A stretch of DNA of 64,000 nucleotides from the NCBI RefSeq assembly GCF_001194135.2, contig NC_068985.1, forward strand, positions 16,508,684-16,572,683. Reading direction: 5' to 3'. The notes under the pieces were generated by a model. It was not told where the DNA came from, did no database searches, and saw only the letters and a list, made by a program, of their open reading frames with translations. This stretch comes from Octopus bimaculoides. Lineage: Eukaryota. Of this stretch, positions 1-12,096 are shown piece after piece (position 1 is the stretch's first letter; each line of letters starts with the position of its first letter). The translations under genes and the position numbers were made by a program.

Positions 1-129
1 TTCCCCCTTTACTGCCTAATTATTTCTGGTTAGCTTTCTAATGCTCCAAGCTTTGAATATTAACACTAACATAAATGTTTATTATTCATAAACTTTAGCT
101 ATCTTCATCATTTTAATAGCAAATATTCC

Positions 130-205
130 AATATTGAGAAATATTTCTGCCTGAAAATATTGAAAAATATTTCTACCCGAGAATATTAAAAATATTTCTA
201 CCTGA
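130..205. repeat. 26-bp minisatellite, 3 copies (AATATTGAAAAATATTTCTACCYGA-like), downstream of the ZNF stop codon
   Basis: Three near-identical units start at about 130, 156 and 182. Confidence 0.7.
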
Positions 206-576
206 CTTTGAACTCTAGTAATTTCACAAATATACAAAAACAAGACATGGAATATATCTCATATTCCAAATAACAGTCTAAAAGAAAGAATACAATTCCA
301 TTTATTTTAAAGATCAAATGAGACATCAGATTTTCCTGAAAATCATTATAATTCAGTCTAAAAATAAAACAAATCTAAATGTTACAAATACTGATTTCAA
401 ATTTTGGCACAAGGCCAGTAATTTCAGGGGTGTGGGTAAGTTGTTTACATCAACCCCCAAAGCTCAACTGGTACTTCTTTTATCAACCACAAAAAGATGA
501 GAAGTAAAGTAGGCCTTGGAGGAATTTGAAAATGTTACAAATATTCAAGAATAGATGCTTATTTCAACTACCGAAT

Positions 577-3432
577 TTATTCAGCAGTAATAATTTTATC
601 ATCTGTGGCCAAAACTACTTCTGTAGCAGTTACTGAACTTTCAGCTGGTTGAAAATTTACTCTTATATCTTCAGTAGGCAGAGTCTGTGAATTACCATCA
701 CCATTTACAGAACACAGTTCCAATGGTTGCACCATCAATAGAGTATGTCCTGCATTTCTTTGATCGGAACTTTCATCAGAGGCAATCTGTGATTGAGATG
801 GTGGTAAATGCAAAGTAATTGTATGTGTTGATATTCCTTGTTTAGAAGATGTATTTATGGTTGCTTGCATCCCAGTAAGCATCTGAGAGTCTTGGGGAAG
901 AGAATTGGTTGCAATAGCATAAATTAATTCTGCAGCAGTGAGATCTGTTGATACGAGATTATTCCCTGTTTGGGCCATTTTAATAATGTCATCTGCACTA
1001 AGACTTGAAACACTATTCTCTACAGGTACTAACTGAGTTTGTATTTCGCCATTACTAGGGTCGTTGACTTTTTGTAATATACTTTTATTATTACTGGAAG
1101 ATAGAACTGTTGAATTAGTAGTTGTTTCAGTGGTGATGGTAGATGTTGTCGTTGATGTGGCGGTAGTTGTGGTGGTGGTGTTGTTGGTGCCTTCTTGGAC
1201 ATCAATCAACCCATACTTGTGATCACTGACATGATTAGTAAAACTGGTAGCATTCACAGTTCGGTAATTACAAATATCACAGTGATAAATTCCAGATGAA
1301 TCTGGATGTTTATTTTTCATGTGAGTTTTTAAAGAAATAGCCTGGATGCACGAGTAAGAACAATATTGGCATTTGTATGGCCTCAATCCTGAGTGGCGCA
1401 TTTTGTGACGGCGAAGTGAGTTGTGATCTCCAGTAGCATACTGACAAACATCGCACCTAAATAAAAAGAAAATATTGAGTATCATTGTTTTACAGTAAAT
1501 GTAAAGGAAAATAAATCATTAAGGCTCACATAACTTTGAAATTATAAAAACAAAATTAAATAAACTATTCAATTTTTTTTACCAATGTCAATATCTGCTT
1601 AAATTTACACTTTCTGTTCTTTATAACATTTGAGATTTGAACTCAGACTGATTTCCTCTCTTAAAAATATGGTACAGGTATAACCATGTTCATTTTAATG
1701 AGTTTTATTTTTTTTTGCTGATAAAAAACATATTTATCTGTTAACTAGATATAAGAGGGTTTGGAAATAATATGAGGTTTCCGTAAGAACCAGTCCCCAC
1801 TGAATACAGGCAGAGCAATACAAACGAATAACTATAAATGGCCTGAAAGTTTTTTGAGATTTAAAAGATTACTTACTTGAATGGTTTTTCCCCAGTGTGG
1901 ATACGTAGATGTAATTGTAGCATAGCTTTACGTGCTGTTGAATGACCACAGTATGAACATACATATGGTTTGATCTTACTGTGGACAGCTTGTACATGTT
2001 TACTTAAACACTTCTGATTAGCAAAAGTCCGTTTACAAATGTCACACTGTTTAGTAGTATACCAACGATCAGCATCATTTGATTGATGTTCTGCATGGAT
2101 CATTTGGTGGTTCCTCATTTGACTGAATTGCTTAAAGCCTTTCCAGCATATATCACATGTATACGGCCTCTGGTCACTATGAATTTCTTTATGAATCAGT
2201 AATTTGTGGGTAGTGTCTGTTTTGAACTCACAGTTCTCACATGCAAAAAGATCTGTATCAATGGAGTGACAGCGCCAAAGATGCATCCTAAGATGTTTCC
2301 AAAGAACAAATTCAACTGCACACATGTTACATTCAAAGAAAGACCTATTTGCATCTTTTTTGTGGCAAGCAATGTGAATCTTTAAACTTTGGTCTTTCTT
2401 AAACTTGGCAAAACAGCCTTGCAGATTACACTTAAGACTGTAGCCTTCTGTAAGAATATTAGTATCTTTGTTCTTTCTTTTCTTTTTACCTAAATAATAA
2501 TCATCTTTCAGAGCTTTTGGTGGACGAATTTTTCTACGACTCCGTCCTTTGCGTGAATACCATTCACTATTTTCATCTTCCTCCCAGTCCTTGTCTGAAA
2601 CAGGTGAAGAGGATCTCTGAGGTAATGGATTTTTCCGTTTTCTACCTGGCTTTTTTTTGGTAGACATAACTTGTGTTCCAACACTGACTCTATTAACTGT
2701 TTCTCCAGTTAATTGATTGTCTTCATTTTGTGGCAAAATATTGTGGACTTGTACTATATGAGATTTACATTCTTCAATACTGTTAAACCCAATTCTACAT
2801 TGGCCACACAGAAACAATTCTTTCGTAAGAACATCATCCCCTTCAATATTAGGTTCAGAAAAGTCGTCAGAAGCAGCAACAGAAAACTGACTAATTGCTT
2901 GTGAATTAATTTCAGATTCATTAACAAAAGTCAAAGAGTCTTCAACAGTTGTTGTAGCTTCCAGTGGAATGTAAGATGGTACAATATTTCCAGTTGATAA
3001 GATATCATTATGAGTTGGAATCATTTGTGGTTCATTTAAAGAACCTTGAGTGAAAATAACTTGTTGATGATTTGAGGCTAACTCTATCAATGACCCAGCA
3101 TCAGATTTTTCAATCAAAGAAACAGAGTCTACATCTGACAATGACGATGCTTCTTGAGAAACAGCTACAGACTGAGTCTTAGACAGATCAGGTATTGTCT
3201 CTTCCTCAACAGTGACATCACCTGAAGAACTTTCTGCTTGTTCAATATCATGCATATTTGAAATCGTACTTAATTTGGAAGGAGTTGTCTTGATGTGCAC
3301 ATTACGAACATGTATACCAATCTCTTGAGGCTGGTTGCAAGAGAAAGTACAGAAACGGCATTTGTATGTAGTAACAACATCCATATAATCAGTAAGATTA
3401 ACATCAGTAAATCTGTCGACTGTTGAAGCCAT
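577..3432 (-). CDS. C2H2 zinc-finger protein, 811 aa, 11 fingers; coding exons 3432-1877 and 1456-577
   Basis: ORFs 1873..3432 and 577..1485 join through a phase-2 GT-AG intron (donor AA|GTAAGT at 1876, acceptor TTTAG|G at 1457), giving HTGEKPFK-CDVC. It has repeated C-x2/4-C...H-x3/4-H motifs, TGEKP/SDQRP/SGLRP linkers, a basic KKPGRKRK patch and a Thr-rich C-terminal tail. An acceptor at 3484-3485 implies an upstream non-coding exon. Confidence 0.93.
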
Positions 3433-3631
3433 TTTCTTTCTTTTGGAGTTTGTTTTTCAGGAAAGCTAAGTTTAATGTTGCATCTAGATAAACAAGAAGG
3501 ATAAAAAGATATGTTTATTAATTATACGATAACTTCAAAAACAAAGCAGGGTGGAATATAAATACAATTCTCTTTTCCACAAATACACATTTCTGAAAAT
3601 GATAATATATAAAATAATTTAAGAAAAATTA

Positions 3632-4023
3632 CTAGGTTGAGGAAAAAGTTTTTTGCGCCATATTAAAATAATGATTTTTTAATGCAAGAATTTATTCAAA
3701 ATCAACAACAACTATTCTTCAAAATAAAGACCCTCATTTTCCACGACCTTCTGCCAATGATCTGCAAGCTTTCGGATTTGGTTGAAGTACCAATTCTTTG
3801 GCTTTGAAGCGAAAAATTCTTGACAAGCTTCTTCACCTCTATCGAATGACCCAAATCGGTGACCTTTCATAAAGAGCTGCATTGATCGGAAGAGACCGTA
3901 GTCAGATGGAGCATTATCTGGACTATAGGCAGGATGTAGCAGAACTTCCATACTGATCAATTCTTCAATCTTGTTGTTGGTCTTTCTGGCGGTATGCGGC
4001 TTTGCAGTGTCTTGTTGAAACAA
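3632..4023 (-). mobile_element. Truncated mariner DNA transposon (3' part of transposase plus one terminal inverted repeat)
   Basis: The translation contains QQD..PHTA and HPAYSPDNAPSDY (mariner YSPDLAPSD motif; D-x35-D as decoded) and ends W.KV.ENEGLYFEE. A mariner-like end TA|CTAGGTTGAGGAAAAAG lies at 3630-3648. Confidence 0.85.
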
Positions 4024-4882
4024 AGCACATTTTCAATGAACAAGTCTTGGGTACTTTTCAACAGTGAGTCACCATTGAACATGACGTGAACTGAATGAAC
4101 ACACACACCACAAAAATATATAAAAAAGGATGTTAGTGGAACATGGTGGTGGTAGTAACAATATAGAAAACATAGAGAGAGAAGAGAAAATGTATCTTGA
4201 GCCAAGTGATATATTGCTGGTGAGAATTTGCTAACAAAATTTCTACTAGACTGGACATAATTAGTTATTAATCAATGAGTCATTAAACCTAAATTTATGA
4301 GATACAGAAATTTGAGTTGTAAGGTTCATGCCTTTCCTAAAGACAGAAGTGAAGATGAATAGCTATAATGGGATTCACTAAGAGCTTCTACAATGTCTGT
4401 TAAAAACGTGAAATTTTGGAGAAATTGGAAAGCTAAAGTTTTGCGTCTCTGATGTATTTGATTTTTATTTTTAAATCTTAAATTAGACTAGATGGTTCAC
4501 CTTAATCAGTGGTTCTTTACCTTTTTTTGTGTAGCCCCTTCCCTTCCCTTTTCATGACTAAACTAATTTAATATGGATAATTATTTAGAAATTTTACTCT
4601 AAAATGGATTGCATAAGCTTTTAACAGTGAAATAATAGAATATTAATAAAAACAGAGTTGTGAATTTACTTTACACATTGCAAGTTAATAACTTCCCTGT
4701 GCCTGATGAGATCTTATTTTATTTTAATAACCATTGCTAGTTTTATTATGTATAATATATTAACTACTACAGATAAAATTTAGTATGTTGTGTAACCTCA
4801 CTGGGGGCAGTACAACCTACATTGAGAACTTGATCTAAGTGAAGGCTTACCAGTAGTGGTCTACTTAATAGCACCACTTTAA

Positions 4883-5100
4883 CCCTTTTGCATCTAAACC
4901 AGCCACAACAGGCCCAAATTTTCAACCTGTTTTATGTTCAAACCAGCCAGATCTGGCCTCTCACACCTATCCTACAATGTCATTCTAAAAAAAAAATAAC
5001 ATCACTGAAATCTTGAAGCTAGGAGATAATGTATGATTAATACAAAACAATGTGAATAAATAAGCATTACATTTGACAGAGTAATCTGAATGCTAAAGAG
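4883..5100. mobile_element. piggyBac-like MITE (TTAA target duplication, CCCTT ends)
   Basis: TTAA at 4879-4882 and 5101-5104; ends CCCTTTTGCAT...ATGCTAAAGAG. Related copies lie at ~37920-38137 and ~41823-42027 (inverted). Confidence 0.65.
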
Positions 5101-6030
5101 TTAAGGGAATTTTATTAAAAATTTCGTTTCTGCTGATATAAAACTGAAATTAAGATATTCATTTGGCAATCAAGAGGTCCTTAGGTAAGTGTCATTTACA
5201 ATAGCTTCAGGTCAATCAAAGCATTGTGAGTAAAACTGGCTAGACAGAAACTGTATGGAAGCCCATAAGATGGATAATATTTGTCATTCAAAACCCTAGC
5301 CCTCTCATAAGCTGGGTCATGCTGATTCTGTCCTTTTCATTAAGGGTACATGGGTCTGCAGAACACTCAAAACAATTTACATAATTTAATGATTAGGTAA
5401 ATAACTGAAAAATCATGAATTCTGCCATCTATTTGATTGTATTACATTAAATATGCTGTTTCTCCACTCAATTATGACCTTCATATAAAAGGACTCCTTG
5501 GAAAATCCCCACACAATAACTGTTCACTCAAAATCTTTATATCTCAGTGACTTCGTATTTCAGGTAAAAATTTTGCTTCTCTGAGATCTTATACATCAAA
5601 ACATGTTCAGGTATTACCATATGGACTAAGGTTATTACCACATGGCCCCACTGAATGTCACATTCAAACTAAATGTGGATTTCGAAGTTGCCTCCCTTGC
5701 TTTTCTTGATCTGAGTTCATTAGAAAAGCCCAGGTCTTTTTTCCTGTTTGGTAAGAGTGTAATTTTTAATTCATAGAAAATACATTAATCCACATTTGAC
5801 TATATATTCTTCAGGTAATAGATGTGATTTGAATAGAAGTTCATTTTTCTCAAAGATCACCTTCACTCAAATCACATTTATCTGAAGAATGCTTTATTCA
5901 GTATGTAAAAAAGGAAAGAGAAAATATTTCGGATCCTTTTGGTTTGACGGGCAACATTTTTCATTTATGTTTTTGGTACCGAAACACTTTCAAACTTCTA
6001 TACTTGTATATTTTGTGTTATAGAACAGAT

Positions 6031-6635
6031 AAAAATTTTTGTATTCGAAGTTATTTCATGTAAAAAGTTGTCGTATTTCGGTAATTTCAACCAATCACTG
6101 ACATCTATTGAGGTGAAAACAATTACTTCCGTAGAATGTAAACAACATATTCTAACGGTGTTATGGGATCTTTTCCCTTGAATAAAATTAGTGCCGTTGT
6201 TTGTCAACAACAACTATCGGCGGTACTGTTATTTATAACATCGTTCGTGCGTTTGTACTGGTTTTAGCTTTAGGGTTTTAGGGTTAGGGTTCCGGTTTTA
6301 GAGTTAAAGTTAGTTTTAGGGTTACGGTTAGGGTTATGATTATTTTTGCCATAACCTCACTCATAACCTAACCCTAAAACCCTAACCCTAACTCTAAAAC
6401 CCGAACCCTAACCCAAATGCACGAACGATGTTAGAAATAACTACCACCGATAGTTGTTGTTGACAAACAACGGCACAAATTTTATTCAAGGGAAAAGATC
6501 CCATAACACCGTTAGAATATACTGTTTACATTCTACTGCAGTAATTGTTTTCACCTCAATAGACGTCAGTGATTGGTTGAAATTACACGAATACGACAAC
6601 TTTAACATGAAATAACTTATTAAGAACTAATTTTT
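6031..6635. repeat. ~600-bp imperfect palindrome (fold-back/MITE-like) with degenerate telomeric repeats flanking the centre
   Basis: Left arm ~6031-6339 is the reverse complement of right arm ~6361-6635 (e.g. AAGTTATTTCATG 6048 / CATGAAATAACTT 6606; CAACTATCGG / CCGATAGTTG). TTAGGG/TTTTAGGG units lie at ~6262-6337 and CCCTAA units at ~6362-6414. Confidence 0.9.
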
Positions 6636-7069
6636 GTTAAGAAGGCTAAGAGAAAAAGATGTTTTATATGACACATTCTACCAGTATCCCAAGTTTGAAA
6701 GTGTTTCGTTAAGAAAACAAGTGTTACCCATCAAACCAAAAAGATCCAATATTTCTATCTACTATATTGTAATTAATATATTCCCTCTGAACAACATATT
6801 GAGTACTCCCACGTTTGTGAAACTACTTACAAATTATCATCCCACACACACACACAGGGTGGCTGACAATTTGATTTTGAAAACTTTCTTATTGCAGACA
6901 CATCTAATTAAGTTTGGTGCAATTTTGTCCAGAATCTCAACCACAGTGACTCTGCCCTTGTGCAATTCAAAAGGAATTTTCAACCCAGCAGTAGATAACA
7001 CCTTTGGACATAACAAACAGCAACACTTCAGTGGTCCTGTTGGAGCAGCATACATGTAAGCCTCCTGAT

Positions 7070-7830
7070 AAGTGACCTTTTATGGATGGCAAAACCAGCC
7101 TTTGAAGGAGTACTGCAACTACAGATAGAACAGGTGAGATTATCTCTGAACCCTCAACTATAAAGAAATTCCACAGAGTAACTTTCAGGCATTACATTTC
7201 ATTAGTTGGTGGACAATGATTTTTTCTCCAATTAATAGCAGTTCTTCTTAATACAGACTGCCATTTGCTTCTGTTCAGTGCAAGAATTTCCCATGTAATG
7301 AAGCTAATGTTCAAGGACTTAGGATAGTCTTTTGTGACATCATGAAATCTTTTATGGTTTGTGCTGGAGAAACCAAAAACTAATTCACTATAAGTTACTG
7401 TTTCAGAAGCTTACAATCATGAAGATGGATTGTTTGACCAACACATAGCACGTACTTGAGCAGATGAGCTTCTATATAGTGATGTTTAATGTACACCTTA
7501 GACATTGCCGATGAAATCTTTTCAGTATTTTGAAGTGTTGTTGATACAGGGTTTATGTTTCAGAGAGTATAGTAAGGGTGTGATGATGAAAATACCATAA
7601 AAGTACCATAGATGCAAAGCTTGGTGAAAAGTTTCACGTCTCTGTCTAACCCAGAATAATTTCTCCAGTATCTCAAATGCAACTGAAGCTTGTTCAATCC
7701 TCAAGTTTTCATTATTTAGAAATCCATCCCTAGAGACTGAGCTGCAAAAATACACAAAAAAGGAATCCACTCATCAAGCGTGGGCCCCTTGGATAAGTAT
7801 ATTTGGTTCGATGTAGGTCTCTCCTGGAAC
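7070..7830 (-). mobile_element. Decayed RTE-clade LINE, 3' part of ORF
   Basis: Frameshifted minus-strand translation gives SET*TLYQQHFKILKRFHRQCLRCTLNI (RTE ETWTLY...ERFHQRCLR.IL signature) and a terminal CSIC...KAGFAIHKRS zinc-finger remnant. Confidence 0.7.
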
Positions 7831-8106
7831 AGGAGTAAACATCACCTTGGATTATCCAGCAAACACACAAATATATATACATGAGGTAAACACAAGATGT
7901 AATTTACATCATTTGTTCCTCACATACGTTTCATAATTGTTATTTGCATCCACAGTTCTGATTGTGTTTCAAGTGCAACTGGATGCACTAATTCTTCATC
8001 AGTTATCAACCAGAAGGTATTACTCAGTTTCGCACCATATATATATATTACGGAGATGCACTTGCATAGCAAGTGACCTGATCTGAGATCGTGTGCTGGA
8101 ACGAAA

Positions 8107-8313
8107 ACAATTGCAGCGTGGAAAGTGTTTATAAGCCATTTAAAATAACACACAAAATCCGTTAGATTCACTTCAACATTTAAATTTAATTTGTCAAAAT
8201 ATTTTCGTCGCTTTGAGACCGCGACCTGTTCACTGACAAAATTCTGTGCTGCACAGAACGGATTTTGTGTGTTATTTTAAATGGCTTATAAACACCTTCC
8301 ACGCTGCAATTGT
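8107..8313. repeat. Inverted repeat with 57-bp arms (56/57 identical) and 93-bp spacer; part of a dispersed element
   Basis: 8107-8163 vs 8257-8313. Related sequence occurs inverted at ~38150-38345. Confidence 0.8.
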
Positions 8314-8319
8314 ATATAT

Positions 8320-8438
8320 NNNNNNNNNNNNNNNNNNNNNNNNNNNNNNNNNNNNNNNNNNNNNNNNNNNNNNNNNNNNNNNNNNNNNNNNNNNNNNNNN
8401 NNNNNNNNNNNNNNNNNNNNNNNNNNNNNNNNNNNNNN
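8320..8438. other. Assembly gap; other gaps at ~29802-29952, 35566-35575, 35715-35814, 39491-39730, 43159-43245, 47171-47180
   Basis: Runs of N, mostly flanked by microsatellites. Confidence 0.99.
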
Positions 8439-8439
8439 N

Positions 8440-8471
<32 letters not shown>

Positions 8472-8489
8472 TGGCACATAAAAAGCACC

Positions 8490-8645
8490 CACTACACTCT
8501 GAGTGGTTGGCATTAGGAAGGGCATCCAGCTGTAGAAACTTTGCCAGATCAGATTGGAGCCTGGTGCAGTCTTCTGGCTCGCCAGCCCTCAGTCAAACCG
8601 TCTAACCCATGCCAGCATGGAAAGCGGACATTAAACGATGATGAC
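8490..8645 (+). mobile_element. SINE family C (ends ...GGACGTTAAACGATGATGAT; GAT-repeat tail)
   Basis: Shared ~150-170 bp unit. Other + copies: ~16715-16815, 18920-19100, 40700-40865, 44900-45062, 45365-45532, 53395-53500. Minus copies: ~47905-48095, 50040-50170, 51738-52030, 58250-58440, 59076-59265, 59955-60150, 61290-61480. Confidence 0.8.
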
Positions 8646-8843
8646 GGTGACACACACACATATATATATATATATATACACATATACATAGTTGTCTTGA
8701 GAGAGTCATGATACCAATATTAATAACACATGCACAGGTTCAATTCTACTTCTTTAATAATGTCAATTGGTTAAATATCTATCCAAGTCAACAAAATTTG
8801 TTTCAATACATGAACTCACATCAAGAATCTTGCCAAATCAAAT

Positions 8844-8882
<39 letters not shown>

Positions 8883-9656
8883 CAAGTTTCTGTACATTGC
8901 CCATTTACCAAAGACTATGGTGGAAGACTCTTGTCCAAGCGGACACGAAATGGGAGTGAACTTCTTAACTACATAGCTAATACTAATATGTATGAGATGC
9001 TTGGACTAATATATATTAGTTTAAAGCAGTGATGCTATGAAGTATCCTTCATTAAAATTAGGCTGTGGAACTACATTCCTAATAAGCCAGTTTCAGTTTA
9101 GTGTTTAATACATTTGGTAGCACTTCATTATTAACCTGCATTTCAATGGAATTGCCAACATAGCTGTGTGGTTAAGAAACTTGCTTTGCAACTACATGGT
9201 TTCAGATTCAGTGCTACAGCACAGCACTTTGGGCAAGTGTCTTCTACTATAGTTCTGTGCCAACTATGCCTTGAGAGTGAATTTGGTAGATGGAAACTGT
9301 GTAAAAGCTTTGACAGTGTTGGTTTGTTTACAAGTCCATAACTATTCGGTTCGATAGAAAAGACCATTTAAATAAGTACCAGACTTTAAAAATATGCACT
9401 GGTGTTGATTTATCCAACTAAACCCTTCGTAGTGGTGCTGCAGCATCGCCACAATCAAACGTCCGAAATAAGTAAGATCAATCTTCACAATTTTGCCTTG
9501 ATTTAATCATTCTTACAAATGTATTCAATGCAAAAATAATTCCAATGCCTTCAAAACCTTTAATGTATTATCCTTATCCATAGTCTCCAAATGAATTTTC
9601 CCGAAGTTATATGATACGGGTAAATATCCACATTTTAAAAACATGGTGAGCAGATA

Positions 9657-10024
9657 TAGGCGCAGGAGTCGCTGTGTGGTAAGTAGCTTGCTTACCAACC
9701 GCATGGTTCCGGGTTCATTCCCACTGAGTGGCATCTTGGGCAAGTGCCTTCTACTATAGCCACGGGCAGACCAAAGCCTTGTGAGTGGATTTGGTAGACG
9801 GAAACTGAAAGAAGCCTGTCGTATATATGTATGTGTGTCTGTGTTCGTCCCCCAACATCGCTTGACAACCGATGGTGGTGTGTTTACGTCCCCGTAACTT
9901 AGCGGTTCGGCAAAAGAGACTGATAGGATAAGTACTAGGCTTACAAAGAATAAGTCCTGGGGTCGATTAGCTCGACTAAAAGGCGGTGCTCCAGCATGGC
10001 CACAGTCAAATGACTGAAACAAGA
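9657..10024 (+). mobile_element. tRNA-derived SINE family A, full length
   Basis: A-box-like GCTGTGTGGT and B-box GGTTCATTCC near the 5' end; near-identical inverted copy at 36901-37291; partial copies at ~9165-9330, 17237-17630, 35095-35250, 41085-41470, 51330-51420, 52170-52295, 55690-55860, 59590-59730. Confidence 0.85.
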
Positions 10025-10098
10025 GATATAACACCAATTTAGCAATTGTACTCGCAGAATACTTGAAAGTATTTTATGACAGATCCCTAGTTTCTTAC

Positions 10099-10450
10099 CA
10101 TAGTTCAGACCTTCAAGTTTTATAGACTTGGAGAACCAAATTATAACATTGAATATACCGATTCGGCAATCTTTCGTTTTGACTCGTCAGATGTTTACAT
10201 TTCTGCGAGTCATATCGAAACATCGAAACATTTCATATCGAAAATTCTAGGCGATTCTGGAGTTTAACATTTCGCTTTATTACAATTCCAAGTACGTAAA
10301 TAATGTCCTTCACTAACAACTTCACAGAAACATCAACCCAGAAGAACTTTAGAACCTTCGGAAGGATGAAACGCGAAGTCGATCTCGGCGAGATCCAGCG
10401 CTGGACATGGAAGAAATAACAGCAAATTCTCACAAATAACACTTTACCAC
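10099..10450 (-). promoter_or_regulatory. Putative first (non-coding) exon and CpG-rich promoter region of the ZNF gene, divergent from TOP6BL
   Basis: Local CpG enrichment (10150-10420) in an otherwise CpG-poor background. A minus-strand donor G|GTAAG at 10099/10098 could pair with the acceptor at 3484. Confidence 0.35.
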
Positions 10451-12096
10451 CTTAAATACATAAGGACAAATCGAACAATGGGCAATACTTTATGAACCCA
10501 AAAGAAAATACTAACAGAAACCAGAATACCATACACTAACATCGATCATTGCATTTTCTAAAAATAAATAAATAAATAAGGCCCGTTTCAAATGATATTT
10601 AATCATGTTTTAAGTATAAAACGTAATTGTATTCAGCAAGGGTGGTATTGATTCAATGACAGTTATATGCAGATCTTTTTGTTAGTTACCTATACAAGAT
10701 TTAAAAATGTGTTTATTATGGAAGGCTAGTGTGTGGCATTATTCTGTAGTAATGCCCTTATATAAATATAAATGAATAAATATACAAGATTTATCTGGAA
10801 TCACTGCTATACTGAATTAAATAGTTCTATCCTTAATAAGCATATCTTAATAAACACGATTAAAATTTATTTGAAATATGCTTCTTTAGAAAATTTAATG
10901 ACGTTCATATTGGTATTTTTACCCTATTATTCCTGGCTTTGTTTGTATTTACTTTTGGCCAAAATGCAAAGGATCACCGGACGATGTAATCTGAGATATG
11001 CAAAAAGACGAGATGGTCACAGATGGAACGCTTTTAATTATAGACTTGCTTAATCTAAAAAATTAGTTTGCTTTTTTTAAAAAAAAAAAGATGTTTTTAA
11101 AGGCGACACAAGTCAAATAAATCTGAAAGCGTTACTTCGTTGGTTTTAGTTTAAAATATATTTAAAATCCTGAAAGCCATCTATTGTGTTAAATTCTTCA
11201 TTTGCAGAGCGCTTTATCAGTAATCATATTTAAAAGAATACTCTTAGAATTCAGATTCTTTGGTGAATTACATTCATGTTGTGGTCAGTGGAACAAATTT
11301 AAAATCTCTATAGATTGCTGAACAATTCTATACACGCATGGTTTTCCTTAGAATGGATTGACATGTGCTTAGTAAATAGGATTTCAGTTATTCTTGAGGT
11401 AAAAGAATGTTGTTGCCATATTAAGAAAATCGATGTACAAATTATTATTCATTCATTTATGAGCATTTCAGGAATACCTGTTAAAAAGTTTTCATTATAC
11501 ATATGCAATTAATTCATGAAATTTAAATAATTTTCATGAGTATTTTGAATAAATTAATGTTACATCCAAGCACACGTTCAATAATATACTTTCTTCTTTT
11601 GCTTTTAAGAATAAGATATTGTTAGAATAATGCTATAAATGAAAATTTTAAACGATATATTAAAACATCTGGTAAGAATTAAGAGATAGTTTAAAGAGAT
11701 AAATACAAAAATTGAGACAAAATGAAAAACATAAGAAATTTCGAGCGGACAAGGATATCCTCTACGCCATATGTAATATCTGTGAACCGACGTGCAAGTC
11801 ATTGTGTTTTCATAAATAATAATAATCATTGCAAAAAACAAGATGAAATATCATAAATATACTAACCTTGGAGATTAATGTAATGTAAATTTTAAGAAAC
11901 TGTGCTGTTTAATTCATCAAAATATTACGATTTAAACATATTTTAGTGAGAAAAAGCGCTAGAGGCTAAGCTTCAATGTAGCAGTAAATACAACAGAGGG
12001 AAACAATAGGTTTATAATTGAAGTGACCAAGGGAAGTAACTTGTGTGTGTCAGAGAAGTAGCGTTTGTCGTAGCAGACGATTTATTTCTGAGAAAT

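Noticed and set aside
2713-2904. Plus-strand ORF inside the ZNF exon
   Set aside because: Antisense shadow of a real CDS.
6262-6414. A true telomere or proven fusion site
   Set aside because: Repeats are few and degenerate and are embedded in mirrored non-telomeric arms; kept only as an alternative hypothesis.
6634-7059. ORFs 6634..7059 (+) and 6837..7055 (-)
   Set aside because: No recognisable domain or convincing splice context; adjacent to LINE debris and a CA tract.
8186-8605. ORFs crossing N-gaps or TA/CA/CT tracts (also 35423-36016, 39394-39770, 43069-43362)
   Set aside because: Artefacts of gaps and dinucleotide repeats (YIYI, THTH, LSLS, X runs).
9657-9740. tRNA-like A/B boxes as tRNA genes
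   Set aside because: They are heads of multi-copy SINEs with long non-tRNA bodies and no complete cloverleaf.
12043-12096. GTG start of the 475-aa ORF
   Set aside because: In a eukaryote the first ATG at 12097 is the parsimonious start.
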